Source of the DNA: Planctomycetota bacterium
GTDB lineage: Bacteria > Planctomycetota > PLA2 > JAEUHO01
Direction of reading: 5' to 3'
Assembly: GCA_965223505.1 (NCBI GenBank)
Contig: CBDCWP010000008.1
Location: 96,001-160,000 of the forward strand
Length of the DNA stretch: 64,000 bases
Below the pieces are notes generated by a model. That model had not been told where the DNA came from and did not search any database. It worked only from the letters and a program-made list of their open reading frames with translations. This document shows positions 46,308-56,010 of the stretch, one piece after another. Made by a program: the position numbers and the translations under genes. Position 1 is the first letter of the stretch. Every line of letters starts with the position of its first letter.

Positions 46308-49064
46308 CTACTCCTCGGGCACGTGGATGAAGTCGCCGCCCCCGATCGCGGCCAGCTTGCGCAGGAACTCGAGGTCGACGCCCAGGTTGCCGAAGGCGAC
46401 GACGTGCAGCTTCACCTTCGCGAAGCGGTTCAGGTTGCGGAACCAGCCGAGCAGTTCCGGCGTGGACGTGATCTCGCCGCGGGTGGGGGAGCCGTCGGTC
46501 AGGAAGTAGACCGTGTCCGGGATGTTGTCGAGCGACGCGCTGAGCGTCGGCTTGTCGTGAAGCCCCAACGCGGCCTTCAGCGCGCCGTGGATGTTGGTCT
46601 CGCCGTTGGCGGGGGCCTGGAGCACCGCCGACGCGGCCGCGTTCACGTTGCCCTGCGAGGCGGGCACCAGGTTCTTCTTCCACGGGCGCACGTCGGTGGA
46701 GAAGAACACGAGGTTGAAACGAACTTGCGGCTTGAGCGACTTGATCGTCCCCGCGAGCACCTCCTTGGCGACCATCATGCGCGTACCCGTGAGCGGTATG
46801 TCGCCGAGCTTGGTCGACGCGCCCTTGGGGATGGTGATGTTCTTCTCCATCGAGCTGCTGACGTCGAACACGAAGCCGACGCTGCGCGAGAAGATGCGCC
46901 GCCCGTAGTAGTGCGGCTCGTCCTTGTCGCCGCCCTTCGGATCGGCGTACCGCGCGTCCGCGGGGTTGGGCGGCGGCGGTCGGTTCGGATCGAACCCGCC
47001 GTGCTTCTCCTTCTGGCCCTTCCACCACTTCTCCCATGTCGCGGCGTTCTTGCCGAGGTCGTCGCCCGACACGGCGCGCAGCGCGCGCAGGTACTCACGC
47101 TCGAGCCGGCCGCGCTCGAGTGAGTAGCGCGCGATCAACCCGTCCATGCAGTTGTCGGTGCCGTAGGCGGCCAGCGCGCGCGCCACGGTCAGGCGCACCT
47201 GCCAAGAGCCGTGATTGATGCGTTCGATCGTCTTCAGGCTGGCCTCGTCGCTGCGCGTACCGAACGTCGCGCACGCGTCGGCGATGCACATCCACGTCTT
47301 CGGCTTCCGCTCCGAGAGGGCGGCGACCAGCGGGGCGAAGCTGGCGTCGTCCCCGATCTCACCCAGGGCGAACGCCGCGTTGGCCTTGGCCAGCCAGAAG
47401 CTGTCCTTCAGCATCGCTTCGAGGCGTTCGCGGGCCGGCGCGTGCTTGAGCATGCCCAGCGCGCGGGCGACGCCGGCGCGCGCCAGCTTCTTCTTGTGGT
47501 CGAGCCCCTCCGTGCGCAGCCACGCCAGCACGTCGTCTGCTTCGGTCTGGGAGAGCACGTTGAGGATCGTCTCGCGCACCAGGTCCGACGGGTGGTCGAG
47601 GCGACCGACGACGACCTCGGCCATGCGGACGTCTTCGATGCGGTCCACGCCGCGAATGAGCCCGGCGAGCACGTCGGCGTCCTCGGTGGACTGGATGCGG
47701 CCGCGCTCGCGCCGCCCGGGGGCGTCCGGGTCCTCCGAGTCGGCGCGCACTTCGCCCATGGTCTTGCGGCCGCCCGTCAAGCGCGCTTTCCAACGCTTGT
47801 GAAAGTCGTCCGGCGTGATGCCGAGCACGTCCTTGAACGCGACGCCCTCGTCGTTCTTGTAGCGAATGCTCTTCAGCACGTCGAGCCAGCGGGCGTTGTC
47901 CTCCCGCAGCATGAGGTCCATGATCGACCAGGCGCGAATGTGGTCGTTGTACGAGAGGTGCCCCAGCGAATCGCGCGCGAAGAACGTCTCGATCGGGTCC
48001 AGCTTGCGGGCCGCCAACGAGCGCGACTTCTTGTACCAGTCCTTGCCGCTGCCCGACGGGGCCGTCGTCTCGTTGCTACAGAACGTCGCGTAGTCCTTCT
48101 GCGGCTCCGGCAGCTTTTCGAGGAAGTGCGCGGCGCCCACGAAGGCCCACTTCGGGCATGCCCGCTCGCTGGGGTCGACGTGGATCCAGCAGGAAAACAA
48201 CAAGTGACCGATCATGTGCCGGCAGAGGCCGTGCAGCCCCACGTCGCTGCGTTGCTCCTGCAGGGACCCCACGAAGCCGTTTCCGCAGAACCCCTTGGCG
48301 ACACGCGAATTGTCGCTCGCCCCGTAGACCATGTCGGTGTTCGCGGAGCCCAGGTAGCTCTGGGCGAACGCTTCCGCGGTGCGGTGCTTGAGCGTGATGT
48401 AGACGCCCATCGGCTTGGCCAGCCGAATGCGTCCCTTGAAGTAGTGCGCGAAGTCGTTGTACGCGGCCTCGCAGCGCTCGGCGTACAGGTGCGCGACCTC
48501 GTGCGCGCTCGCGACCCGGGGCGCGCCACCCTTGGTCTTGATCTTCATCTTCTTGTCGATGTCGGTGAGCACGTAGAAGTGCCGCGTCACCGCGAGGACG
48601 TATTTGTGTTTCTTGCCGTGGCCCTCGATCTTGAGCTGCCGTTCGAGCGTGGCCAGGACCTTCGGGTCGCGGCCGCCGATCAGCTCGTCGCAGGCGTCGC
48701 ACGACTCGTCCTTCCAGCACTCGCTGCACTGGATGCCGTACGAATAGGCGTGGCGCTTGAAGAAACACTCCTTCTTCTGGCTGCCCCAGCAAACGCCGCT
48801 CGTGCCCCTCGGTCGATCCTTGGATGCGCAGTCGCCGTTGGCGATCAGCAGCCCGCACCGCGGCGGGTCGGCCGGCGGCCGCATGGGGGAGCGCAGGTAC
48901 TCCCACGACGCCTGGCCGTCGCGGCACAGGCACCGGCCCGGCTTGCGCTTCTTGACGTAGTGCGTCTCCTTGTCGTCGTCGCCCTGCGCGGGCGCCGAGC
49001 TCAGCAGCGGTGCGAGGAAGAGCGCGGCGAGGACCGGGAGCAGGAGCAGGAGATGCGGGCGCAT
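46308..49064 (-). CDS. Secreted multidomain protein: Cys-rich, degenerate gluzincin-like, HEAT repeats, VWA
   Basis: Signal peptide; 10 Cys in the N-terminal region; HMIGH; ARALG HEAT repeats; MIDAS DVSSSM...TN...FLTDG. Confidence 0.85.
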   Translation of the reverse strand: MRPHLLLLLPVLAALFLAPLLSSAPAQGDDDKETHYVKKRKPGRCLCRDGQASWEYLRSPMRPPADPPRCGLLIANGDCASKDRPRGTSGVCWGSQKKECFFKRHAYSYGIQCSECWKDESCDACDELIGGRDPKVLATLERQLKIEGHGKKHKYVLAVTRHFYVLTDIDKKMKIKTKGGAPRVASAHEVAHLYAERCEAAYNDFAHYFKGRIRLAKPMGVYITLKHRTAEAFAQSYLGSANTDMVYGASDNSRVAKGFCGNGFVGSLQEQRSDVGLHGLCRHMIGHLLFSCWIHVDPSERACPKWAFVGAAHFLEKLPEPQKDYATFCSNETTAPSGSGKDWYKKSRSLAARKLDPIETFFARDSLGHLSYNDHIRAWSIMDLMLREDNARWLDVLKSIRYKNDEGVAFKDVLGITPDDFHKRWKARLTGGRKTMGEVRADSEDPDAPGRRERGRIQSTEDADVLAGLIRGVDRIEDVRMAEVVVGRLDHPSDLVRETILNVLSQTEADDVLAWLRTEGLDHKKKLARAGVARALGMLKHAPARERLEAMLKDSFWLAKANAAFALGEIGDDASFAPLVAALSERKPKTWMCIADACATFGTRSDEASLKTIERINHGSWQVRLTVARALAAYGTDNCMDGLIARYSLERGRLEREYLRALRAVSGDDLGKNAATWEKWWKGQKEKHGGFDPNRPPPPNPADARYADPKGGDKDEPHYYGRRIFSRSVGFVFDVSSSMEKNITIPKGASTKLGDIPLTGTRMMVAKEVLAGTIKSLKPQVRFNLVFFSTDVRPWKKNLVPASQGNVNAAASAVLQAPANGETNIHGALKAALGLHDKPTLSASLDNIPDTVYFLTDGSPTRGEITSTPELLGWFRNLNRFAKVKLHVVAFGNLGVDLEFLRKLAAIGGGDFIHVPEE

Positions 49065-49075
49065 GGGCTGACATC

Positions 49076-49100
49076 GTAGGGGCAGCCGTAGTGGCTGCCC
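49076..49100 (+). repeat. GTAG REP
   Basis: GTAGGGGCAGCCGTAGTGGCTGCCC, 2 mismatches to the cluster-1 REP. Confidence 0.85.
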
Positions 49101-49152
49101 ACGGGACAAGTCGTCTCGCGCGGTTCCCCGTGCTCGAAGGACGCTGAAAGTC

Positions 49153-51525
49153 CTATTCGCGGGTCAGCATCCGCATCGCGCGCGCCGGCGTGACGCGTCG
49201 CGAGGCCCGCCAGGCGGGCAGCGCGCCCAGCGGCATAAGGACCAGCGCGAGGCCGATCATCAGGACGATGAGCCACGCGGGCGTGAGCAGTGTCATTCGA
49301 TAGTGATTCGCCTGTTCGATCCGGTGTAGCAGCCACCGGGCCAGCAGGGGGGCCGCGGGCAACGCCAACAACAGCGCCACGATGCCTCGCGACATCACCT
49401 CCGTCAGGCACAAGCCGAGCAACGCGCGATTGCGCCACCCGAGCGCCTGCAGCACCGCCAGATCCGGCGCGCGATCCCCGGCGTCGAGCGCGGCGAGGAT
49501 CGCCAGGAACAGCACCGCCACGCCGATCGACATGAACAGGCCCCAGCGCAGCACGGCCTCGCTCCCCTCGAAATTGGCTTCGACCTGGGAGCGGGCCCGG
49601 TTCATCGCGAAGACGGTTTCGATCTTGGGAGTGTTCCAGAGTGCCGATTCGAGTTCTTCGTCGGGGAGATCGGACCTCACCTGGCTCGATGTCGCGGCCT
49701 CGGACAGGCCGAAGAGGTTGCGGCCCGTCTCCAGGGGGATGACGGCCAAGCCGAGGCTGACGCCGTCGAGCACGCCCACGACGCGCAGATCGACGCCCTC
49801 GGGCGAGTTGGCGAACGGGAAGCAGCTGATGTCGTCGCCGACGTCGAGGCCTTCTTCCTTCGCGATCCAGTGATCGATCACGACCTCGTTCGCGTACACG
49901 TCTTCGAACACGCGTCCGCGCGCCAGCTTGAGCTTCTTCAACCAGCCGTCGAGCCCGACGGACATCACGCGCCGAAAGCGCGGCCCTTCGCCGTACTCGA
50001 GCACCGCGAGCTTCGTGATGACCGGCTCCGCGTACCCGTCGGCGAGCCGAGACGCCTCGGCGAGCACGTCGTCGCCGACGGGATCGGTGAAGTTCAGCGT
50101 CGCATCGACACCGAGGCGATCGACCGAGGCGGTCACCTCGGCACGATGCGTGACGTGCACCAACAAGAAGGCGAGCACGACGGAGAAGATGCCGCCGAGC
50201 CCGAGGACCGCGCCCGCGGTCGCCCAACGGCGGCGCATGATGTTGGTCAAGCCGAGCACGACGGCGATGGGTAGCCGCAACAGGTCGCGCAATCTTGCCG
50301 CGAGCCCGACCAGAAACCGTTGGTCCTCTCCGAGGACCGTCGTCACCGACGGGCGCAACAGGCTCGAAGGCCTGCAGCGCGCGGCCGCGACGACGGGCAC
50401 GACGCACGCGAGCAGCGAAACGCCGACACAGGCCGCGATCACCAGCGGCAGTGCGGGACCGGGTCCGTTGTCGATCAGCGGCGCGTAGCCGACGCTATCG
50501 GCGTAGCCCGAGAAGATGTGCCGCGAGAAGGCGCCGTGGGCCACCGCGCCGAGCAGCGCGCCGACGAGCGTCGGTACGATCGAGAAGCTCATGAACCCCA
50601 GGGCGACCCGCCCCGGGCCGTGGCCCATGGCCAGCAACGTGCCGATCGTCTTTTCTTGCCGCTGCACGAGACGCACGTGCGTCAGCACGAGGAGCACGAG
50701 CGCGATCAACACCAGCAATACGGCGACGGCCGGCATGTAGATGTCGTACGTGCGAATGATCATCTCGGTGAACATCCGCGACGGATCCTTCTCCAGCGGC
50801 TGAACACGTTGAATCGCGACCGGCAGCGCCTCGATGAGCCCCTGCTCGACGGTCGCCAGGTCCACGTCGTCCCGCAGGCGGAAGAGCAGCGAGTTCACGC
50901 GGTGCGAGTGCTCGATGTCCGCGATGGTGGCTTTGGAGACGCCCAGCACCGCGACCGTCCCGCGCAGCGGCAGGATGTACTCGGGGTGGGCCGGGTAGAG
51001 AAAGTGCTCCGGCGTCAGCGAGATGCCCACGACCGGCAGGTCGAACGTGTGCTCGCCGACGGTGACGGTGACTCGGTCGCCCAGCTCCGCGCCGTGCACG
51101 GTCTGGCAGCTGCGATCGACGACCGCTGCCTTCTCGTCGGGGTGCGGGTACCGGCCTTCCAGCAGCTGTAGGCGATTGAGCTTCGGCTCGTCCGAGGGCA
51201 ACACGCGGATCAGCGCAGGCAGCGCGCGCTCGCTGTCCGTCATCTCGACGCGGCCCTCGAGCAGCAGGCGCTCTTCAGCGGCCTCGATGCCGTCGATGTC
51301 CGCCGCGCTCGCGACGGCGTCCGGCAGCGTCGGCGAGCACACGATCTCGATGTCGGCCATGTGCAGCCGCTCGTACCAACCTTCGCGCGTATCGAGCAGC
51401 ATGGCGCGTGCGCGCATCCCGCCGCACACCAAGACGACGACGATGGTGACGAGCAGCGCGACGCCGATCGCCTGCCAGCGTGTCGCCCACAGGTCGCGCC
51501 ACGATTTGCGCACCAACGAGGTCAC
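49153..51525 (-). CDS. FtsX/MacB/LolC-like double permease (type VII ABC transporter)
   Basis: Two repeats of TM, periplasmic domain and 3 TM; IGTLLAMG and LAVLQALG motifs; GTGA-coupled to the ATPase. Confidence 0.88.
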   Translation of the reverse strand: MTSLVRKSWRDLWATRWQAIGVALLVTIVVVLVCGGMRARAMLLDTREGWYERLHMADIEIVCSPTLPDAVASAADIDGIEAAEERLLLEGRVEMTDSERALPALIRVLPSDEPKLNRLQLLEGRYPHPDEKAAVVDRSCQTVHGAELGDRVTVTVGEHTFDLPVVGISLTPEHFLYPAHPEYILPLRGTVAVLGVSKATIADIEHSHRVNSLLFRLRDDVDLATVEQGLIEALPVAIQRVQPLEKDPSRMFTEMIIRTYDIYMPAVAVLLVLIALVLLVLTHVRLVQRQEKTIGTLLAMGHGPGRVALGFMSFSIVPTLVGALLGAVAHGAFSRHIFSGYADSVGYAPLIDNGPGPALPLVIAACVGVSLLACVVPVVAAARCRPSSLLRPSVTTVLGEDQRFLVGLAARLRDLLRLPIAVVLGLTNIMRRRWATAGAVLGLGGIFSVVLAFLLVHVTHRAEVTASVDRLGVDATLNFTDPVGDDVLAEASRLADGYAEPVITKLAVLEYGEGPRFRRVMSVGLDGWLKKLKLARGRVFEDVYANEVVIDHWIAKEEGLDVGDDISCFPFANSPEGVDLRVVGVLDGVSLGLAVIPLETGRNLFGLSEAATSSQVRSDLPDEELESALWNTPKIETVFAMNRARSQVEANFEGSEAVLRWGLFMSIGVAVLFLAILAALDAGDRAPDLAVLQALGWRNRALLGLCLTEVMSRGIVALLLALPAAPLLARWLLHRIEQANHYRMTLLTPAWLIVLMIGLALVLMPLGALPAWRASRRVTPARAMRMLTRE

Positions 51526-52247
51526 GACGAGGACTGTTCCAAGATGCGGTGATGGCTGAGCGTCAGGACCACGTCGGCGCGCGCGGCGACGGCCGGGTCG
51601 TGGGTGACGATCACCACCGTGCGCGGCTCTTCGCTGCACGTGAGCTCGCCGAGGAGGAGATCCAGGACGCGCTCGCCGGCATCCTCGTCGAGGTTGCCTG
51701 TCGGTTCGTCGGCCAGGATCAGCGGCGGTCCCTTGCAGCACGCACGCGCGACGGCGACGCGCTGCTGCTCGCCGCCCGACAGCTCGTGCGGAAACCGATG
51801 CAGCTTCGACTCCAACCCGACGGCGCTGAGCGCGCCCTCCGCGCGGGCGCGGATCTCGCTGCGCGCCATGCCGAGAGGCTCGAGCGCCGTCTCGACGTTC
51901 TCGCGCACGTTGAGCGTGGGCAGCAGGTTGAAGGCCTGGAAGACGAAGCCGATGCGGCGGCGCCGAAAGGTGTTCAGCGCGCGTCGTGACAGCGCCGTCA
52001 GCTCCGTGTCGTCGACCCGGAGCGAGCCTTCGTCGGGGATGTCGAGACCGCCCATGAGCGAGAGCAGCGTGGTCTTGCCGGACCCCGACGGGCCCGTGAT
52101 GGCCGTGATCGAGCCGCGGGGAATCGAGAAGGACGCCCCTTCGAGCACCGGCACGCGCAGGTCGCCCTCACCGTAGGCAGCATGCAGGTTCTCCGCGACG
52201 ACGCAGTGGCCATTGGCGGACGCGGACGGGGTCGGGTTCCCATTCAC
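51522..52247 (-). CDS. LolD/MacB-like ABC ATP-binding protein
   Basis: GPSGSGKTT, IGFVFQAFNLL, LSGGEQQRVA, ADEPTGNLD and VTHD motifs. Confidence 0.95.
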   Translation of the reverse strand: MNGNPTPSASANGHCVVAENLHAAYGEGDLRVPVLEGASFSIPRGSITAITGPSGSGKTTLLSLMGGLDIPDEGSLRVDDTELTALSRRALNTFRRRRIGFVFQAFNLLPTLNVRENVETALEPLGMARSEIRARAEGALSAVGLESKLHRFPHELSGGEQQRVAVARACCKGPPLILADEPTGNLDEDAGERVLDLLLGELTCSEEPRTVVIVTHDPAVAARADVVLTLSHHRILEQSSS

Positions 52248-53060
52248 ACGGCACGTTGTACGCCGAAAACCCTGCGAATGCCTGAGAACACGGGCTCATG
52301 CGCAGCCGGGGCGCATTCGCGGGGTCTGCGAAGCAGTCTGGGCGGATCTCGGTGCGTCAGCGCGCTGCGCGAAAAGGAGTCGGCGGCAACTTTCTGGAGA
52401 AAAGGGGAAATGTGTGGAATGAGAAGGAAAGTTTTACGCTATCGAGCAACCGCCAACTCCAAGCTGTCGCTCCGACCGGGTCCGTCCGGGCCGGCCCCGC
52501 ACGGCCGGGTGCGAGTGCACCTCTTGGCACCCGAAGAAACAAACCCCACGGCCACCAATCTCACACCCTAACGACCCGAAGTTAGCGGAAGACTGCTTGT
52601 TTCGACAGGGGATCGAAGGCCCTACAAACGGCATACGACTGAATCGACCAATCGGGGTCGACGGCCGCGGGCGCCGGAATTCGACGCGAGAAACCCCATT
52701 GTTGGCCCTTCCCGCCCGACGTGCGTTTGTTGAACACCGCCGCGACCCCTTGAAACAGGGCATCTGCTTGATCCCCAACGAGTTGTGTGCGCAAGGCGAC
52801 GACGCCTCACACGGTTGTTGGCCGCCATGGGCACGTCAGTGCCCGTTTCCGGGGGGCTTGCGGGCGGGTGCTTCGGCGTCCCCGGATGTTCACGGACTCT
52901 TAAGACGCCCCCGGCGCGGGCCGTAGGACCCCGGAATTCGGATCCCATTCCAGCTTGATGGGTCCGGATGTCGATACGGAGGCGGGACCTTTGCGGCATG
53001 TGGCCCGTCCGATGGAGGGCGGGGTGCGGCCGTCGTGAGCCCGAAACAGCAAGGGAACAC

Positions 53061-54788
53061 ATGCGGCTTTGGATTGCGTTCATATTGTTCGCGGCTCTGA
53101 TCGGCGTCGTCCTCGGCGTGATCGAGAAGAACGGTCGTGAGGACGAGGCGTCCGCGGACGCCGAACCTCCGATGCCCGTCGAAACGGCTGCGGTGGTGCA
53201 ACCCGGCAAGCTCTCGCTGGCGGCCGTCGACACGCGAATGACACCCGTGGCCGACCTCGATCTCGTCGTCCGCGACGCGAACGGCGAAGACATCGTCGAG
53301 CTCCGCACGGACGCCGCCGGAAGAGCGTTCGCCGAGGACATGCCGCTCGAGCCGCTGACCGTCTACGCCCCCTCCCTGCGCCGCGACGTCGGCACGGCCG
53401 ATCTGACCAGCGGCTCGAAGACGGTTACGCTCGACATTCCGGCGGTTCGCAAGCTGCTCGTGTGCTTGCGGGTCGATGGGTGCAAGGCCGTGCCCGCCGA
53501 TCTGGATATCCACGTGAGCGGCGGAACGGTGCTCTCCAAGGCGCCCGGCGAGGAACATGGATCCGTCGCGATCACCACGCGGCCCTTCCGGAGCGCTGGC
53601 AACGTCGAAGTGCTGTTGAAGGGCTGCGGGATCAAGCCGCAGCGCGTCGTACTCGGACCCGACGCCGTCTCTCAGCATTGGCCCTTGCAGATCGAGACGT
53701 CGCACGCGCTGTCGCTCGAGGTCACGCCGCCGAAGGACGGGGTCTACCAGCTCGAGGTCCACCGCTATGACGCGCTTGCGGGCGTCTGGACGTATGCGAC
53801 CGCGGTCGAGACGGCCGAAGGCGGCGCCGCGACACCCGGCCTGCACCGGTTCGAGCGCCTGCGTCGAGGACGGTATCGAGTGCTCGATTTGCGCAGTGGC
53901 CTGTTGACGAGGCCGATCGAGCTCGGCGCGAGCGCGAGCGCGAACGCGAAGCTGGAGTTCGACCTGAGCGACGTGGTCGCGATCCGCGGGCGCGTCACGA
54001 CCGGCAAGGCCGACGTCGACGGCGCGCGCATCCTCGTTAGCGGCGCGGTCGACAGTCTGCATCCGTATGCGCGGCACGGCTTTCCGGTCCTGCGCACGGG
54101 CGCGTTCCAGGCGCGAGTGCGTGCCGGCGCTCCCTTCACCCTCACACCGTGGCATCCGTTGCTCACACCGGCCGAGGTCGGTGGTTCGTACACCGGATCC
54201 TCGGCGCCCGAGGATCTCGAGCTTTCGATGGAGATGGGGCCGCAGGTCGTCTTCAGCCTGGATCCGGCCCAGGTGACGAGCTCGCGCTATCGCGAGCGGC
54301 GGTTCCGCGTCTATGCGTATCGGCCGGGCGGCAAGAAGCCTGTCGCGGTCTGCGAGCCGCAGCCGATGCCCGGCGCAGAGGAAGCCGGCACCTACCGCTT
54401 CGGCGGCATCCGACTGGGAAGTTACACGTTCGTGTTTCACGTTCCCGGTCACCCGCCCCTCACGCAAGCGGACGTGTTCGTCGAGGGCAGCACGGTGTCG
54501 CTGGGCACGTTGCGGTTGAAACCGGGCGCCCACATCCAGGTCAACTTCGCGGTCGAGCCCGGACGAAGAGTGCCCGCGATCAAGATGCGTGCGGTGTCGA
54601 TGAAGGATCCGCGGTACGTGCGCGAGACGAAGGGCGACGGCCGTCGCACGAGCTTCTTGAAGGGGCTGGGAAACGGCACCTTCGCCGTCTCCTTCGTGGA
54701 CGAGAAGGGCCGCCCGGTTGCGTCGTCGCAGAAGGTCGAGATCAAGAACGACCAGCCGGTGACGATCATGGTGGATCTGCGCGAGTAG
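53061..54788 (+). CDS. Membrane-anchored multi beta-sandwich protein (carboxypeptidase regulatory-like repeats)
   Basis: N-terminal TM; TDAAG, FERLRRGRY, IRGRV, FGGIRLGSY and LKGLGNGTF repeats. Confidence 0.75.
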   Translation: MRLWIAFILFAALIGVVLGVIEKNGREDEASADAEPPMPVETAAVVQPGKLSLAAVDTRMTPVADLDLVVRDANGEDIVELRTDAAGRAFAEDMPLEPLTVYAPSLRRDVGTADLTSGSKTVTLDIPAVRKLLVCLRVDGCKAVPADLDIHVSGGTVLSKAPGEEHGSVAITTRPFRSAGNVEVLLKGCGIKPQRVVLGPDAVSQHWPLQIETSHALSLEVTPPKDGVYQLEVHRYDALAGVWTYATAVETAEGGAATPGLHRFERLRRGRYRVLDLRSGLLTRPIELGASASANAKLEFDLSDVVAIRGRVTTGKADVDGARILVSGAVDSLHPYARHGFPVLRTGAFQARVRAGAPFTLTPWHPLLTPAEVGGSYTGSSAPEDLELSMEMGPQVVFSLDPAQVTSSRYRERRFRVYAYRPGGKKPVAVCEPQPMPGAEEAGTYRFGGIRLGSYTFVFHVPGHPPLTQADVFVEGSTVSLGTLRLKPGAHIQVNFAVEPGRRVPAIKMRAVSMKDPRYVRETKGDGRRTSFLKGLGNGTFAVSFVDEKGRPVASSQKVEIKNDQPVTIMVDLRE

Positions 54789-54835
54789 TTCCCGCGGCTG
54801 GGTTTCCTGCGTAGGCTGGCGAGCGCGAACTGCGC

Positions 54836-54912
54836 GGGCCTGTAGCTCAGCTGGTTAGAGCAGGGGACTCATAATCCTTTGGTCGGAGGTTCGAGTCCTC
54901 CCGGGCCCACCA
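54836..54912 (+). tRNA. tRNA-Ile2 (anticodon CAT, lysidine type)
   Basis: GGGCCTGTAGCTCAGCTGGTTAGAGC...CTCATAA...GGTTCGAGTCC...GGGCCCACCA forms a cloverleaf with encoded CCA. It lacks fMet hallmarks and resembles Ile2 more than elongator Met. Confidence 0.9.
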
Positions 54913-55120
54913 CTCTCTCGCGCCGGTTCGTAGCCGTTCGGTCCAGGCGATGGCCGCTTCGAGCCCGTGCCGCTTCTCGAACGCTTCCCTGCTTCACCGT
55001 GGCTCGCCCTGTTGGGAACGGTGCTCGCTAGGTGCCCGGCGTACCCCCGCGGGACTCTGGCATGGGGCCCGAAGGAGGCGCGACAACCGCAGATGGGTCG
55101 CGTGTTGTCCTTCTCCGGAG

Positions 55121-55669
55121 ATGGGCTACCGGGGCGCACACGCTCGTTACGTCCATGGTTACGACTACACCTGGCTCAAGATCGACCGGGATAGCAACGC
55201 GATTGTCGTGCTCGATCACCCTGGTGTCAGTCCGTTCCGCCCGCTGAGTGATCCGGCGGTAGTGAAGGCAGCCAACGAGATGTGGATGGAGTTGGATCAA
55301 CTGCCCGCGCTACGGGGGCGACCACCTGTCACGTTGTTCATTGACTCGTTCTACGCTGGTTGGGCCCGGAAGAAGCCATTGGATCACATTCCGGCAGCGT
55401 ACCCGATAGCCGTGTTTGATCAGATCCATGCGCACGGACAGGGTGTGAAAGTGCCGCTGCTCTATGAGCTTCGCCTCGACCTGCCCGCGCCGGCGCACCT
55501 GCGACCCGCGCCACCCGGGTCGCCGCGCCCACTTCTTGTCCTGCTGATCTGCATCGGCGTCGGCGGTCTCGCAACCTTCGCCGTGCTCAGCGGCCGGCGA
55601 GTGCCTGTGCGGCGTGGCGCCCAACCACGCATGCGGAGCCGTCGGAAAAAACCCGGTACGGTACGATGA
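55121..55669 (+). CDS. Hypothetical protein or fragment with a C-terminal TM and basic tail
   Basis: Lower GC3; ends in a hydrophobic helix plus RR-rich tail; start uncertain. Confidence 0.4.
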   Translation: MGYRGAHARYVHGYDYTWLKIDRDSNAIVVLDHPGVSPFRPLSDPAVVKAANEMWMELDQLPALRGRPPVTLFIDSFYAGWARKKPLDHIPAAYPIAVFDQIHAHGQGVKVPLLYELRLDLPAPAHLRPAPPGSPRPLLVLLICIGVGGLATFAVLSGRRVPVRRGAQPRMRSRRKKPGTVR

Positions 55670-55736
55670 CGCCGTCGTCGCCGGATGCGGCCGGTTGGGG
55701 AGGCTTACGTGAAATTGTCGTGTTGGGCCGTACTGT

Positions 55737-55933
55737 TCACCGCGGCGTTGTTCGCAGCCGTCTCGATTCCGCGTCGGGTGGCCCGACGAGGCCGTCGGAA
55801 GAAACCCGGTACCGTATGACGGTCAGCTCCGGAAGTAGGCCGCCACCAGCAGGAGCGTCGCAACCGCCAGCACGACACCGAACCACTCCGTACGATTCAT
55901 TCGGCAGAATCGACTCGAAACCTCGTTCGACAT
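55737..55933 (-). pseudogene. Possible truncated or frameshifted membrane protein remnant
   Basis: MSNEVSSRFCRMNRTEWFGVVLAVATLLLVAAYFRS then a stop; another frame continues briefly. Confidence 0.25.
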
Positions 55934-56010
55934 GACGTTCTCCACGGCGACCGTCCCGCCGCCATATGGGTAGGACGCAAAGCCGCCGCGCAATTGACCG
56001 ACGTTCTCGA

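Noticed and set aside
52248..53060. Known riboswitch, tmRNA, RNase P or 6S RNA
   Set aside because: I could not find their diagnostic conserved motifs by eye.
54836..54912. Initiator or elongator tRNA-Met call
   Set aside because: It has a paired 1-72 position and no GGG/CCC triplet at the end of the anticodon stem, so it is not fMet. The overall sequence is closer to Ile2-type tRNAs, though elongator Met is not fully excluded.
54955..54980. Possible attR duplication of the tRNA 3' end (TTCGAGCCC)
   Set aside because: The match is too short and degenerate, and there is no integrase.
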